DNA of 32,000 nt from Delftia acidovorans NBRC 14950. GTDB taxonomy: Bacteria > Pseudomonadota > Gammaproteobacteria > Burkholderiales > Burkholderiaceae_C. This document shows, piece after piece, positions 9,060 through 17,476 of the stretch (positions are counted from its first letter, which is position 1; each line of letters starts with the position of its first letter). The DNA lies in NCBI RefSeq assembly GCF_001598795.1, contig NZ_BCZP01000008.1:270001-302000 (forward strand), read 5' to 3'. A program made the translations under genes and the position numbers. The notes beneath the pieces were generated by a model, which was given only the letters and a program-made list of their open reading frames with translations, was not told where the DNA came from and did not search any database.

Positions 9060-9095
9060 TTGTCTATGAATCGATATGAGCACATAGTACGCGCC

Positions 9096-10052
9096 ATGAA
9101 TTTTCAACGCTTCTTCGGTCCCCACCTGCGGCTTGTCGGCATGGCCCTGCTGTGGGGCGCTTCCTGGCCTGCGGGCCGCGTGGTGGCACAGAACATGCCG
9201 CCGCTGGCAGCCGCCAGCCTGCGCTTCCTGCTGGCCGCCGCCGTGCTGCTGCCGTGGCTGTACTGGGCCGGTGGCATGGCCGGTCTCAGGCACTGGAGCG
9301 CCAAACGCTGGCTGGGCATGGCGGCCGCTGGTGCCACGGGCGTGTTCGGCTATGCGGCCTTCTTCCTCATGGGGCTGCAGCATGTGCCGGCCGGCAAGGC
9401 GGCCCTGGTGATCACGCTCAACCCCGTGCTCACGCTGGCGCTGGCGGTCTGGCTGTTCGGCGAGCGGCTCAACCGCACCATTGCCCTGGGCATGGCGCTG
9501 GCGGCCTGCGGCGCCGTGGTGGTGATCTCGCATGGCCAGCCGCTGGCGCTGCTGCAGGGATCGGTGGGCGCCGGCGAGCTGCTGATCCTGGGCTGCGTGG
9601 TCTGCTGGGTGAGCTACACCCTGATCGGCCGCTGGCTGCTCACGGGTGTCGATGCGCTGTCGGCCACGGCCGTGACCTCGACCATGGGCGCGGCCATGCT
9701 GCTGGTGGCCAGTCTGGTGGTGGAAGGGCCGGCCGGCCTGCAGGCTGCCGTGCTTGGCAACGCAACCGCCTGGGGTGCGCTGGCCTTCCTGGCCTTCGGC
9801 GCCACGGCGCTTGCCTATGCCTGGTACTTCGACGGCGTCAAGGCGCTGGGTGCGGGTGCGGCCTCGGGCTACATCACCCTGGTGCCCGTGATCGGCGTGG
9901 CGCTGTCGGCGCTGTGGTTGGGCGAGAGCATCGATGCCAGCATCGTGCTGGGCGGCGGCATGGCCGTGGCCGGCACGGCGCTGATGAACTGGGGGCGCAG
10001 GCCTGCGCCCGCCCCGCGCATGCAGGGTGCGCAGGCGGCAGTCCGCAGTTGA
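9096..10052 (+). CDS. EamA/DMT-superfamily transporter
   Basis: About 10 hydrophobic segments in two similar halves. N-terminus LRLVGMALLWGASWPAGRVV and Gly/Ala-rich TMs are typical of EamA. Start uncertain: ATG 9096, ATG 9066 or TTG 9060, none with a clear SD. Confidence 0.85.
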   Translation: MNFQRFFGPHLRLVGMALLWGASWPAGRVVAQNMPPLAAASLRFLLAAAVLLPWLYWAGGMAGLRHWSAKRWLGMAAAGATGVFGYAAFFLMGLQHVPAGKAALVITLNPVLTLALAVWLFGERLNRTIALGMALAACGAVVVISHGQPLALLQGSVGAGELLILGCVVCWVSYTLIGRWLLTGVDALSATAVTSTMGAAMLLVASLVVEGPAGLQAAVLGNATAWGALAFLAFGATALAYAWYFDGVKALGAGAASGYITLVPVIGVALSALWLGESIDASIVLGGGMAVAGTALMNWGRRPAPAPRMQGAQAAVRS

Positions 10053-10056
10053 CGTG

Positions 10057-10479
10057 TCAGGTGCTCCGCCTGGCGCGGATGGCGTTGCGCGCGGCGCGCA
10101 GCAGCTTCAACTGGAGCCAGGATGCTGCCAGCAGGCCTGCCGCAACGATGAGCCAGTGATGCAAGGCAAACCCTGGCTGGTAAAAGCGCACGGGCAGATC
10201 GACTGCCTCCACCAGCACGCCGATCTCGATGAACGCCAGCAGGCCTGCCATGGTGGCAAGCCAGCCGGGTTCGCGCTGCGATGGGCCGGCTTGGGACCGC
10301 TTTCGGCGTCCTGCCAGCCTGAAGAAAATGCCCAGGGCGATGGTGCCCAGAATCAAGGCCAGCACCAGCTTGCCCAGCAAGCTGGCTGCGGCCGCGCCGC
10401 CCAGGGACAGGATCAGGCCCACGATCTCGGCCACGGCTTCGAACCGTGCCGCAAGGGCCTTGCGGATGCGCAACAACAT
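10057..10479 (-). CDS. Hypothetical membrane protein (about 4 TM, basic C-terminus)
   Basis: 140 aa. Strong SD (GAAGGAAGG) upstream of the ATG at 10479. Hydrophobic segments IVGLILSLGGAAAASLL, LVLALILGTIALGIFF, WLATMAGLLAFIEIGVLV and WLIVAAGLLAASWLQL; Arg-rich tail. No family recognised with confidence. Confidence 0.55.
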   Translation of the reverse strand: MLLRIRKALAARFEAVAEIVGLILSLGGAAAASLLGKLVLALILGTIALGIFFRLAGRRKRSQAGPSQREPGWLATMAGLLAFIEIGVLVEAVDLPVRFYQPGFALHHWLIVAAGLLAASWLQLKLLRAARNAIRARRST

Positions 10480-10623
10480 GGCAGCCTTCCTTCAGCGTCT
10501 GTGCGCTTCAGAAGGCCGTGTGCCGCAGCATGGTGATTTCCTGAGCTTGCCCATCCCGTCCCCCTGGTTGTGTGATCCGGCGAGCGTATCAAAACCTGTC
10601 GGGCGACCGGAGGCGGTCCAGGC

Positions 10624-11616
10624 TCAATCCATGCTGATGTTGCGCTCCGTGATCACCTTGGTCCAGCGCACGGACTCGGCCTGCAGGTGCTTTGCCGCTT
10701 CCTCGGGCGTGGAGCCCACGACTTCGGCGCCGATGGCCTTGAAGCGTTCGAGCACGTCGGGCTGCTTCATCTCTGCCACGAAGACCTGGTTGAGCTTCTT
10801 GACGATGGCCGGCGGCGTGCTGGCTGGCATGAAGACGGCGAACCAGGGCGAGACCTCGTAGCCCTTGATGCCGGCCTCTTCCATGGTGGGCACGTCGGGC
10901 ATGCTGGACGAGCGCTTGGCCGTGGTCACGGCCAGGGCGCGCAGCTTGCCCGACTGGATGTGCGGGCGCGCCGAGGTGATGGAGTCGAACATGTAGTTGA
11001 CCTGTCCACCCAGCAGGTCGGAGACGGCCGGGCCCGATCCCTTGTAGGGGATGTGCAGGATGTCCACGCCGGCCAGCGAGTTGAACACTTCGCCTGCCAG
11101 GTGGATGGAGGTGCCGTTGCCGGCCGAGGCATAGGTCAGCTTGCCGGGCGAGGCCTTGGCGGCGGCCACCACGTCGGCCACGCTCTTGACGTTGGGCTGG
11201 GTGGAGTTGGTGACAAGGATGTTGGGCACCACGGCCAGCACGCCCACGGGGGCGAAGTCCTTGATCGGGTCGTAGCTGAGCTTGCGGTACAGCGGCTTGT
11301 TGGTGGCCATGCCGATGGAGGTGATCATCAGCGTGTAGCCGTCGCCGGGCTGCTTGGCCACGAAGTCGGCGCCGATGTTGCCGCCGGCGCCGGGACGGTT
11401 CTCGATCACGAAGGGCTGGCCCAGCGTGCGGCCGGCCTTCTCGCCCAGGGTGCGCGCGATGGCGTCCATGGCGCCGCCCGGCGGGAAGGGAACGATCCAG
11501 CGGATGGGCTTGCTGGGCCAGTTGGCCTCGGGGGCCTGGGCGTGCGCGGCGGGCATCACGGCGGACAGGCACAGGCCTGCGGCTGCGGCGGTCAGAAAAC
11601 GGCGTTTCACATTCAC
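10624..11616 (-). CDS. Bug/TctC-family periplasmic substrate-binding protein (tripartite tricarboxylate transporter type)
   Basis: 330 aa. GTG start at 11616 with GGAGA 8 nt upstream, signal peptide ending AHA|QA, and the hallmark WPSKPIRWIVPFPPGGAMDAIAR ... VIENRPGAGGNIGADFVAK. Lies 42 nt downstream of catC. Confidence 0.9.
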   Translation of the reverse strand: MNVKRRFLTAAAAGLCLSAVMPAAHAQAPEANWPSKPIRWIVPFPPGGAMDAIARTLGEKAGRTLGQPFVIENRPGAGGNIGADFVAKQPGDGYTLMITSIGMATNKPLYRKLSYDPIKDFAPVGVLAVVPNILVTNSTQPNVKSVADVVAAAKASPGKLTYASAGNGTSIHLAGEVFNSLAGVDILHIPYKGSGPAVSDLLGGQVNYMFDSITSARPHIQSGKLRALAVTTAKRSSSMPDVPTMEEAGIKGYEVSPWFAVFMPASTPPAIVKKLNQVFVAEMKQPDVLERFKAIGAEVVGSTPEEAAKHLQAESVRWTKVITERNISMD

Positions 11617-11658
11617 TTCAGTTGTCTCCGAAAAATTTGGTCTTGGTTTGGGCTGTGC

Positions 11659-11937
11659 TCAGGCGATGGCCGAGGGGTGCCGGGCCAGCGGCGTGACCTG
11701 GATGTCCATGTAGGGGAACAGCGGCAGGCCCTGCAGCAGCTCGTGCAGCTCGTCGTTGGAGGCCACGTCGAACACGCTGTAGTTGGCGTACTCGCCCACC
11801 ACGCGCCAGATGTGGGGCCAGCGGCCTTCGTGCTGCAGTTGCTGGGAGTAGGCCTTCTCGCGGGCCTTGATCTCGGCTGCCACGTCGGCGGGCAGGTCGT
11901 GGGGGATCTTCACGTCCATGCGGACCAGATAAAGCAT
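11659..11937 (-). CDS. catC: Muconolactone delta-isomerase
   Basis: 92 aa, MLYLVRMDVKIPHDLPADVAAEIKAREKAYSQQLQHEGRWPHIWRVVGEYANYSVFDV... is the classic CatC sequence and length. ATG at 11937-11935. The listed ORF extension to 12345 overlaps catB and is rejected. Confidence 0.9.
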   Translation of the reverse strand: MLYLVRMDVKIPHDLPADVAAEIKAREKAYSQQLQHEGRWPHIWRVVGEYANYSVFDVASNDELHELLQGLPLFPYMDIQVTPLARHPSAIA

Positions 11938-11965
11938 GTTTGTCTCCAGGAGGAATGAAAGGAAT

Positions 11966-13153
11966 TCAGGTCGCAGCCCCGGTCCGGGCCTGCCCCATGT
12001 CGAAGTGCTGCGGCTGGCTGTCGGCCAGCGCGCGGTCGAAACGCGCGAGTTGCTGCAGGTCGATCTCCACGCCCAGGCCCGGCCCGTCGGGCAGTTGCAG
12101 CTCGAAGTCGCGGATGGCCATGCGCTCGGTGACGATGTCGTCCACCAGCAGCTGAGGGCCGAACAGCTCGCAGTTGTAGTGCTGCCCGCCCAGCGTGGCA
12201 AAGACATGGGCCGAGGCGGCCGAGCCGATCGAGGTCTCCAGCATGGTGCCGCCGTACCAGCCGATGTCGGCCGCCTGGGCAATGGCCGCCACCTTGCGCG
12301 TGCGCAGCAGGCCGCCGTGCTTGGCCACCTTGAGCGAGAACACATGGCTGGCCTGCTCGCGCGCCAGGCGCATGGCGTCGTAGGGCGTGCACACGCTCTC
12401 GTCGGCCATGACCAGGGCGCCCTGCAGCGTGGCCGTCAGCTCGCGCAGCGCGGGCACGTTCCAGCCGGCCACGGGCTGCTCGATCAGGGTCACGCCGGCA
12501 TCGATCAGCTGCGGCAGAAAGCGCCGCGCCGTGGCGCCGTCCCAGGCCTGGTTCACGTCCACGGTCAGCGTGGCGCGTCCCTGCAGGCCGCGTGCGATCT
12601 CGCTCACATGGGCCACATCAGCCTCGGGCGTGCGCGCGCCGATCTTCATCTTGAAGATGCGGTGGCGTTTTTGTTCCAGGCGCAGATGGGCCTCGGCCAG
12701 GTCGCGCTCGATGTCGCCGCTGGCCAGCGTCCAGGCCAGGGGCAGGCTGTCGCGCTGCTTGCCGCCCAGCAATTGCCAAAGCGGCAACTGCAGGCTGCGG
12801 GCCACGGCGTCCAGCAGCGCGATCTCCACGGCGCTCTTGGCAAAGGCATTGCCCTTGCAGGCCAGGTCCATGCGCGAGAGGCAGGCCTCGAAGCGCGCGC
12901 CGTCCTGGCCGATCAGGCTGGGCGCCAGGTGGTTGGTGATGGCGTGGTGGATGCTCTCGGGCGATTCCTCGTTCCACGACGGGCCGCCGATGGTGGCGGC
13001 CTCGCCAAAGCCCGTGGCGCCATTGCGCAGCCACAGCTGCACGATCACCGGGCTTTGCCGGCTGATGGAGCCGAACGACAGCTTGTGCGGACGGATGGTG
13101 GGAATGTCGAGGATCCGCGCCTCGATGCGCTCGATCAGGAAACGGTCTTGCAT
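11966..13153 (-). CDS. catB: Muconate cycloisomerase (enolase superfamily, MLE subgroup)
   Basis: 395 aa. FKMKIG catalytic-lysine motif, VDVNQAW, LIEQP and ADES metal-ligand contexts. Immediately upstream of catC. Confidence 0.9.
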   Translation of the reverse strand: MQDRFLIERIEARILDIPTIRPHKLSFGSISRQSPVIVQLWLRNGATGFGEAATIGGPSWNEESPESIHHAITNHLAPSLIGQDGARFEACLSRMDLACKGNAFAKSAVEIALLDAVARSLQLPLWQLLGGKQRDSLPLAWTLASGDIERDLAEAHLRLEQKRHRIFKMKIGARTPEADVAHVSEIARGLQGRATLTVDVNQAWDGATARRFLPQLIDAGVTLIEQPVAGWNVPALRELTATLQGALVMADESVCTPYDAMRLAREQASHVFSLKVAKHGGLLRTRKVAAIAQAADIGWYGGTMLETSIGSAASAHVFATLGGQHYNCELFGPQLLVDDIVTERMAIRDFELQLPDGPGLGVEIDLQQLARFDRALADSQPQHFDMGQARTGAAT

Positions 13154-13337
13154 GGCAGTGGCGTGTGTCTTGGCTGGCGGCGGCTGCCGGCGATGGACAC
13201 AAGCGTAAATCCATGCATTGTGTGGATCTATTGAATTATTTGTGAGAAATCATTCGATGGTGTCGATGTATTGAATGCCTGCGCGGCAGGCAGGGGGCGC
13301 GGCAGCCTTGTGCTGCGCACGCCCTCTGGCGACTGGA
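13154..13337 (-). promoter_or_regulatory. catBC upstream region with an AT-rich repeat-bearing segment (candidate promoter/operator)
   Basis: 184-nt gap after the receptor stop. AT-rich core at 13225-13280 holds TATTGAAT twice (13229-13236, 13269-13276; 40 bp apart) and TCGAT-ggtg-TCGAT (13254-13267). No -35/-10 assigned. Confidence 0.3.
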
Positions 13338-15719
13338 TCAGAAACTGCTGCGCAGCGTGACCATGATGCTGCGCGGCAGGCCGTAGTAGTTGCTGCGCGT
13401 GGCCGTGCCCACGCGCTCCCAGTAAACGCGGTCGAAGAGGTTGTCGATGTTCACGGCCAGCTTGACCTTGGGGGTGAGCGGGTAGGCGGCATAGGCGGAC
13501 CAGACGCCGTAGCCACCCGCGCGCCAGCGCACGGTGCCCAGGGTGTCGTAGAACTCGCTGACGGCGCGCACGCCCGCGCCCAGCTCCAGCCCCTGGGCCA
13601 CGGGGCCGGCCACGCGGTAGCGCGCCCACAGGTTCACGCTGTGGCGCGGTGACATGGTGCTGAAGTCGGTGCCCGTCTGCGTGACGGTGCCCTGCAGGTA
13701 TTTGGAGCGCATGTAGGCGTAGCTGGCCGCCACGTCCCAGCGCGGCGACAGCGAGCCGACCACTTCGGCCTCGAAGCCTTCGGAGCGCACCTTGCCTGCG
13801 GGGATGACGAAGGCGGCATCGCCAGGGTCGGCCAGCGCGCGGTTGGTGTCCTGCATGCGGTAGACGGCGGCGGTGGCGCTCAGGCGTCCGTCCAGCAGGC
13901 TGCCCTTGATGCCGGCCTCCACCTGCCGGCCCTCGCGCGGGGCGATCTGGCCGCCGCCGGCCAGGCGCCCGCTTTGCGGCTGGAAGATGCGCGACTGGCT
14001 GGCGTAGAGCGTCCAGCTGTCGTTCAGATCGAAGAGCACGGCGCCGAAGGGCGTGAACTGGCCATCGACCTCGTAGCCCGAGCGCGTGTTCTGCAGCCGG
14101 TCCGAGGTTTCTGTCTTCCACCAGCTCTTGCGCGCGCCCGCCACCAGGGTGAGGGCCTGCGTGGGCTTGATGCGCAACTGGCCGTAGACGCCGCGCAGGC
14201 TGGTGCGCGTGATGTCGTCGGCAAAGGGCTTGAAGCTGGGCTCGGGGATGGTGGAGGGGTCGTAGTGGAACAGGTCGGCCGGCGTGTTCATGGCGCCGCG
14301 CAGCATGCGCAGGTGCATGTTGGAGCTGCGGTAGTCCGCGCCCGCGATGAAATGGTGCGTCTGCCCGGCCCATTGCCAGGGCGTGCTGTAGTAGAGGTCG
14401 GCCGTGGTGTCGGCGTAGTCGCGGTCCACGGTCTGGGCCTGGGTGAAGCGGCTGATGCCGGTGTCCGAGACGGCCGAGTAACCGTTGATGTACTTGTCGC
14501 GCTGCTGGCGCAGCACGCGGCGGGCGGCCACCTTGAACAGGCCGCCGCCGTCGAGCCGCGTCTCCGACTCGATGAAGCCGGCCAGCGATTCGGGCGCGGC
14601 GCGGCCCCAGTCGGCGGCAATGGCCACGTCGCGCGGAATGGGGGCCAGCCTGCCGTCGGCGTGGGCGGGCAGGCCGGTGTCGTAGTTGCCCCGGCCGCGC
14701 TGCCAGGTGGCGCCCACCGAGACCGTGCTCTGGGAAGTGATGTCCAGCTCCACCGTGCCATACAGGGCCTGCTTGTGGCCGTCCATGGCCATCACGGGGC
14801 TGCCGAAGTTCTCGTGCAGCGCCACCACCCGGCCACGCAGGCGGCCATCTTCGGACAGCGGGCCGGTGACATCCACCTCGGCCCGCTTGCGCCCCCGCGA
14901 GCCCAGGCCGATGGCGCCCTGGCCCTGGTAGTCCGGCAGGGCGCGCTTGCGCACCAGGTTGAGCATGACGCTGGGCTCGCCCGCGCCCGAGAACAGCCCG
15001 GCCGGCCCGCGCAGGGCCTCGACCCGGTCGAACAGGGCCAGGTCCAGCGTTTCCTGGGTGGCCGGGTTGCCGCTGACGGTAAGACCGTCCAACTGGTAGG
15101 TGGACGACTGGTAGCCGCGCGAGAGGATGTCGCTGCGCCCGCCTGTGCTGCTTTGCCGGCGCACGACGATGCCGGGCACCACCTTGGCGGCTTCGGTGAG
15201 CTCCACGAAGTTCTGGTCATCGAGCTGCGCGCGCGAGATCACGGATACGGACTGCGGCGTCTCCCGGGCCGTCAGCTCGATCTTGGTGGCCGCGCTGGCA
15301 TAGGGCGCCCGGTAGCTGCCCGTGCCTTCCGTGCGGCCGTCGCGCAGGGCCGTGGCCGTCACCCGCACTTCGTCCAGCGCGGTCTGCGGGCGCGCCGGGG
15401 CGGGGCGCAGCAGCCAGCCGCCCTGGGGCTGGGCAGAGGCTTGCAGCCCGCTGCCGGCCAGCAGGCGCTGCAGTGCCTCGGCCGGCTCCAGGCGGCCCTG
15501 GACGGCGGGCGCGGTCTTGCCTGCCAGCAGGGCGCTGTCGGCCGCGATGCTGGTGCCGGTGGCGCGCGCCAGGGCCTTGATGGCGTCGGACAGCGGCTGG
15601 GCCGGCAGGTCGATGTCGGCAGGGGCGGCCAGGGCTGGCGTGCAGGCCAGTGCCGCCGCGCAGGCGAGCAGGGACAGGCAGGCGCGTGCCGGGCGGGAGG
15701 AAAGAGGGCGGGCGGGCAT
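13338..15719 (-). CDS. TonB-dependent siderophore receptor with N-terminal STN signalling domain (FecA/FpvA-type transducer)
   Basis: 794 aa from the ATG at 15719. Signal peptide MPARPLSSRPARACLSLLACAAALACTPALA|AP; STN-like DLPAQPLSDAIKALARATGTSIAADSALLAGKTAPAVQGRLEPAEALQRLLAGSGL; plug then beta-barrel; C-terminal ...VTLRSSF. The listed ORF start at 15926 overlaps fecR and is rejected. Confidence 0.9.
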   Translation of the reverse strand: MPARPLSSRPARACLSLLACAAALACTPALAAPADIDLPAQPLSDAIKALARATGTSIAADSALLAGKTAPAVQGRLEPAEALQRLLAGSGLQASAQPQGGWLLRPAPARPQTALDEVRVTATALRDGRTEGTGSYRAPYASAATKIELTARETPQSVSVISRAQLDDQNFVELTEAAKVVPGIVVRRQSSTGGRSDILSRGYQSSTYQLDGLTVSGNPATQETLDLALFDRVEALRGPAGLFSGAGEPSVMLNLVRKRALPDYQGQGAIGLGSRGRKRAEVDVTGPLSEDGRLRGRVVALHENFGSPVMAMDGHKQALYGTVELDITSQSTVSVGATWQRGRGNYDTGLPAHADGRLAPIPRDVAIAADWGRAAPESLAGFIESETRLDGGGLFKVAARRVLRQQRDKYINGYSAVSDTGISRFTQAQTVDRDYADTTADLYYSTPWQWAGQTHHFIAGADYRSSNMHLRMLRGAMNTPADLFHYDPSTIPEPSFKPFADDITRTSLRGVYGQLRIKPTQALTLVAGARKSWWKTETSDRLQNTRSGYEVDGQFTPFGAVLFDLNDSWTLYASQSRIFQPQSGRLAGGGQIAPREGRQVEAGIKGSLLDGRLSATAAVYRMQDTNRALADPGDAAFVIPAGKVRSEGFEAEVVGSLSPRWDVAASYAYMRSKYLQGTVTQTGTDFSTMSPRHSVNLWARYRVAGPVAQGLELGAGVRAVSEFYDTLGTVRWRAGGYGVWSAYAAYPLTPKVKLAVNIDNLFDRVYWERVGTATRSNYYGLPRSIMVTLRSSF

Positions 15720-15750
15720 GGCGGGAACGTTCTCCTGGGTATCGGTTGTG

Positions 15751-15808
15751 CTCGCCTGTATGACGGGGCAGCCCGCCGGATCCCTGATGTGTGTTGGCCG
15801 TTTTTTTT
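15751..15808 (-). promoter_or_regulatory. Candidate ECF-sigma-dependent promoter block of receptor 1 (shared with 29207-29262)
   Basis: Minus strand reads A8-N14-CAGGGAT-N14-CGTCATACAGGCGAG, ending 31 nt before the ATG. The same architecture occurs upstream of receptor 3. CGTC resembles an ECF -10 element. Confidence 0.45.
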
Positions 15809-16860
15809 CAGTTTTTCCGGATTTTTTCCGGCGCCGTGCTGCGCGGGGCCAGCCAGGTGGCGCCGTCGCGCTCCTGCACGCGCACGGCGGCGATGCGCGG
15901 CAGCGCGTCCAGGAAACTCTCCACATCGGCGCGCTGCACGGCGGCCGTGATGCGCGGCCCGCCCGTGCCGTCGGCTACGGCCGCACGCACGGGCTGGCGG
16001 CGCCAGCGCGACAGCGTGGCCGCGATCTCGCCCAGCCCGGCGCTGTCGAAGACGATGAGGCCGCGTTCGATGGATGAGAAGCTGTCGCGCGCATCGCGCT
16101 GCACGCGGCGGGGGAGGGGGCTGGCGTGGGCGCCATCGGCACCGGGGGCGGCACCGGCGCTTTCGTCCGGCAGTTCCCCCACTTCGCCCGCCTGCAGCAG
16201 CAAGAACGGTGCTCCTTCAGCACCTTTCACTGCCAAACGCACCGTGCCATGCTCCACGCTCACCCGCACCAGGCCCGGCAGGCGGTTGACGGTGAAGCGC
16301 GTGCCCAGCACGGTGATGCGCGCCTGGCCTGCGTCGATGGTGAAGTGGCGGTCTGCATCCCTGGCCACGTCGAACAGGGCCTCGCCCTGCTCCAGCACCA
16401 CGGCGCGCTGGCGGCGCGTGAAGCGCGTGGCGATGCGGCTGGCCGGTCCCAGGGTCAGCACGCTGGCGTCGGGCAGGTTCAGCACGATGCGTTCGCCAAT
16501 CGCACTGTCGCGGGCCAGGGCGAACACGGTGGTGTCCTGCCATTCAAGCCAGCCGCGCCATGCCAGCAGGCCCGCCGTGCCCAGGCCGGCAACGCCCAGC
16601 ACGCCGCGGGTGATGGCTGCGCGGCGCGTGTTGCGGCGCTGGCGTGCGGCGGTGTTCACGGCCGTGGCCAGGGCCTCGGTGCGGGGCGTGGAGTCGAAGT
16701 CCTGCCACAGCGCCTCGAAGGCGGCGTATTCGGCGGCGTGGCGCGGGTCGGCGTCCATCCAGGTGCGCCAGGCGGCGGCGTCGGCGGCGCCGGGCTGCGC
16801 TCCCGCATCCCGGTGCATGCGTATGAACCAGCGCGCGGCCTCTTCGCGCGGCGTGGTCAT
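15808..16860 (-). CDS. FecR-family anti-sigma factor / transmembrane sensor
   Basis: 350 aa from the ATG at 16860. N-terminal anti-sigma region EEAARWFIRMH...AWRTWMDADPRHAAEYAAFEALW, a single TM (GVLGVAGLGTAGLLAW), and a periplasmic FecR domain (LPDASVLTLGPASRI ... ITVLGTRFTV). The start overlaps the sigma stop as ATGA. Confidence 0.9.
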   Translation of the reverse strand: MTTPREEAARWFIRMHRDAGAQPGAADAAAWRTWMDADPRHAAEYAAFEALWQDFDSTPRTEALATAVNTAARQRRNTRRAAITRGVLGVAGLGTAGLLAWRGWLEWQDTTVFALARDSAIGERIVLNLPDASVLTLGPASRIATRFTRRQRAVVLEQGEALFDVARDADRHFTIDAGQARITVLGTRFTVNRLPGLVRVSVEHGTVRLAVKGAEGAPFLLLQAGEVGELPDESAGAAPGADGAHASPLPRRVQRDARDSFSSIERGLIVFDSAGLGEIAATLSRWRRQPVRAAVADGTGGPRITAAVQRADVESFLDALPRIAAVRVQERDGATWLAPRSTAPEKIRKN

Positions 16861-17417
16861 GGCGCGAGCAGCTCGCGCGCGGCGCGCAGGTCCAGCAGGG
16901 CGCGCATCAGGTGGCGCTCCACCATGTTCAGGCTGATGCCCAGCGTGGCGGCAATCCTGGGCTGGGAATGGCCTTCCACCTTGCACAGCCAGAACACCTC
17001 GCGGCAGCGCGGGGGAAGCCCTTCGATGACCCGCTGCGCAGCGGCCAGGCGCTGCTGCAGATCGGCCAGCACCTCGGCGGAAGGCGCGGTGAATGCTTCC
17101 TGCACGGCGATGGCGTCCGTGCGCCTGCCGGGGGCCGTGGAGTCCGGCTCGCCTGCCAGGTCGGGCAGGGGCACGAAGCGGCGTTCATGCGCCATCTGGT
17201 CCGCGAGCACGGTACGCGCCACCACGCGCAGATAGGCGTGCGGCTGGGCGATGCCTTCATGCCTGCCGCTGAGGGCGTAGCGCACGAAGGCGTCATGCAG
17301 CACATCCTGTGCACGGTGGATGCAGCGCGTGCTGCGCCAGATGGCGGGCAGCAGGCTGCCGTAGGCCCAGCGCAGGTCCAGGCCCAGCCAGGCTGCGGGA
17401 GTCGGATGGCGTGTCAT
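16857..17417 (-). CDS. ECF (FecI-like, iron-starvation type) RNA polymerase sigma-70 family factor
   Basis: 186 aa. Region 2 (DVLHDAFVRY) and region 4 HTH (LPPRCREVFWLCKVEGHSQPRIAATLGISLNMVERHLMRAL). Translationally coupled to fecR and followed by an STN receptor. Confidence 0.9.
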   Translation of the reverse strand: MTRHPTPAAWLGLDLRWAYGSLLPAIWRSTRCIHRAQDVLHDAFVRYALSGRHEGIAQPHAYLRVVARTVLADQMAHERRFVPLPDLAGEPDSTAPGRRTDAIAVQEAFTAPSAEVLADLQQRLAAAQRVIEGLPPRCREVFWLCKVEGHSQPRIAATLGISLNMVERHLMRALLDLRAARELLAP

Positions 17418-17476
17418 ACGAACGGGAATGGAGGTCGGGCGTGCCGACCGGCAGGTTCAGGGAGCAGGGTTGCGGC

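Noticed and set aside
10057-10479. Holin-like features (small, multi-TM, highly basic C-terminus)
   Set aside because: There is no endolysin, spanin or any phage gene nearby, and I cannot align it to a holin family from memory. I keep it as a hypothetical membrane protein.
11938-12345. N-terminal extension of the ORF containing catC (listed as 11659-12345, 228 aa)
   Set aside because: The extension overlaps catB out of frame and is Arg/Pro/Trp-rich. The internal ATG at 11937 gives the canonical 92-aa muconolactone isomerase.
15811-15831. A/T-run palindrome CCGGATTTTTTCCGG considered as a terminator after fecR
   Set aside because: It lies within the last codons of fecR (EKIRKN), the stem is only 4 bp, and the receptor gene needs transcription to enter from here. 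I report it only as a shared sequence word.
15720-15926. Upstream extension of the listed ORF containing receptor 1; similar cases are FecR to 16986, SBP to 21173, the small membrane protein to 23222 and MFS to 30664
   Set aside because: Each extension overlaps the upstream gene or an intergenic promoter and encodes non-signal, Arg/Pro-rich sequence. The internal ATGs give proper signal peptides or N-termini, and several create ATGA/TGATG coupling overlaps.
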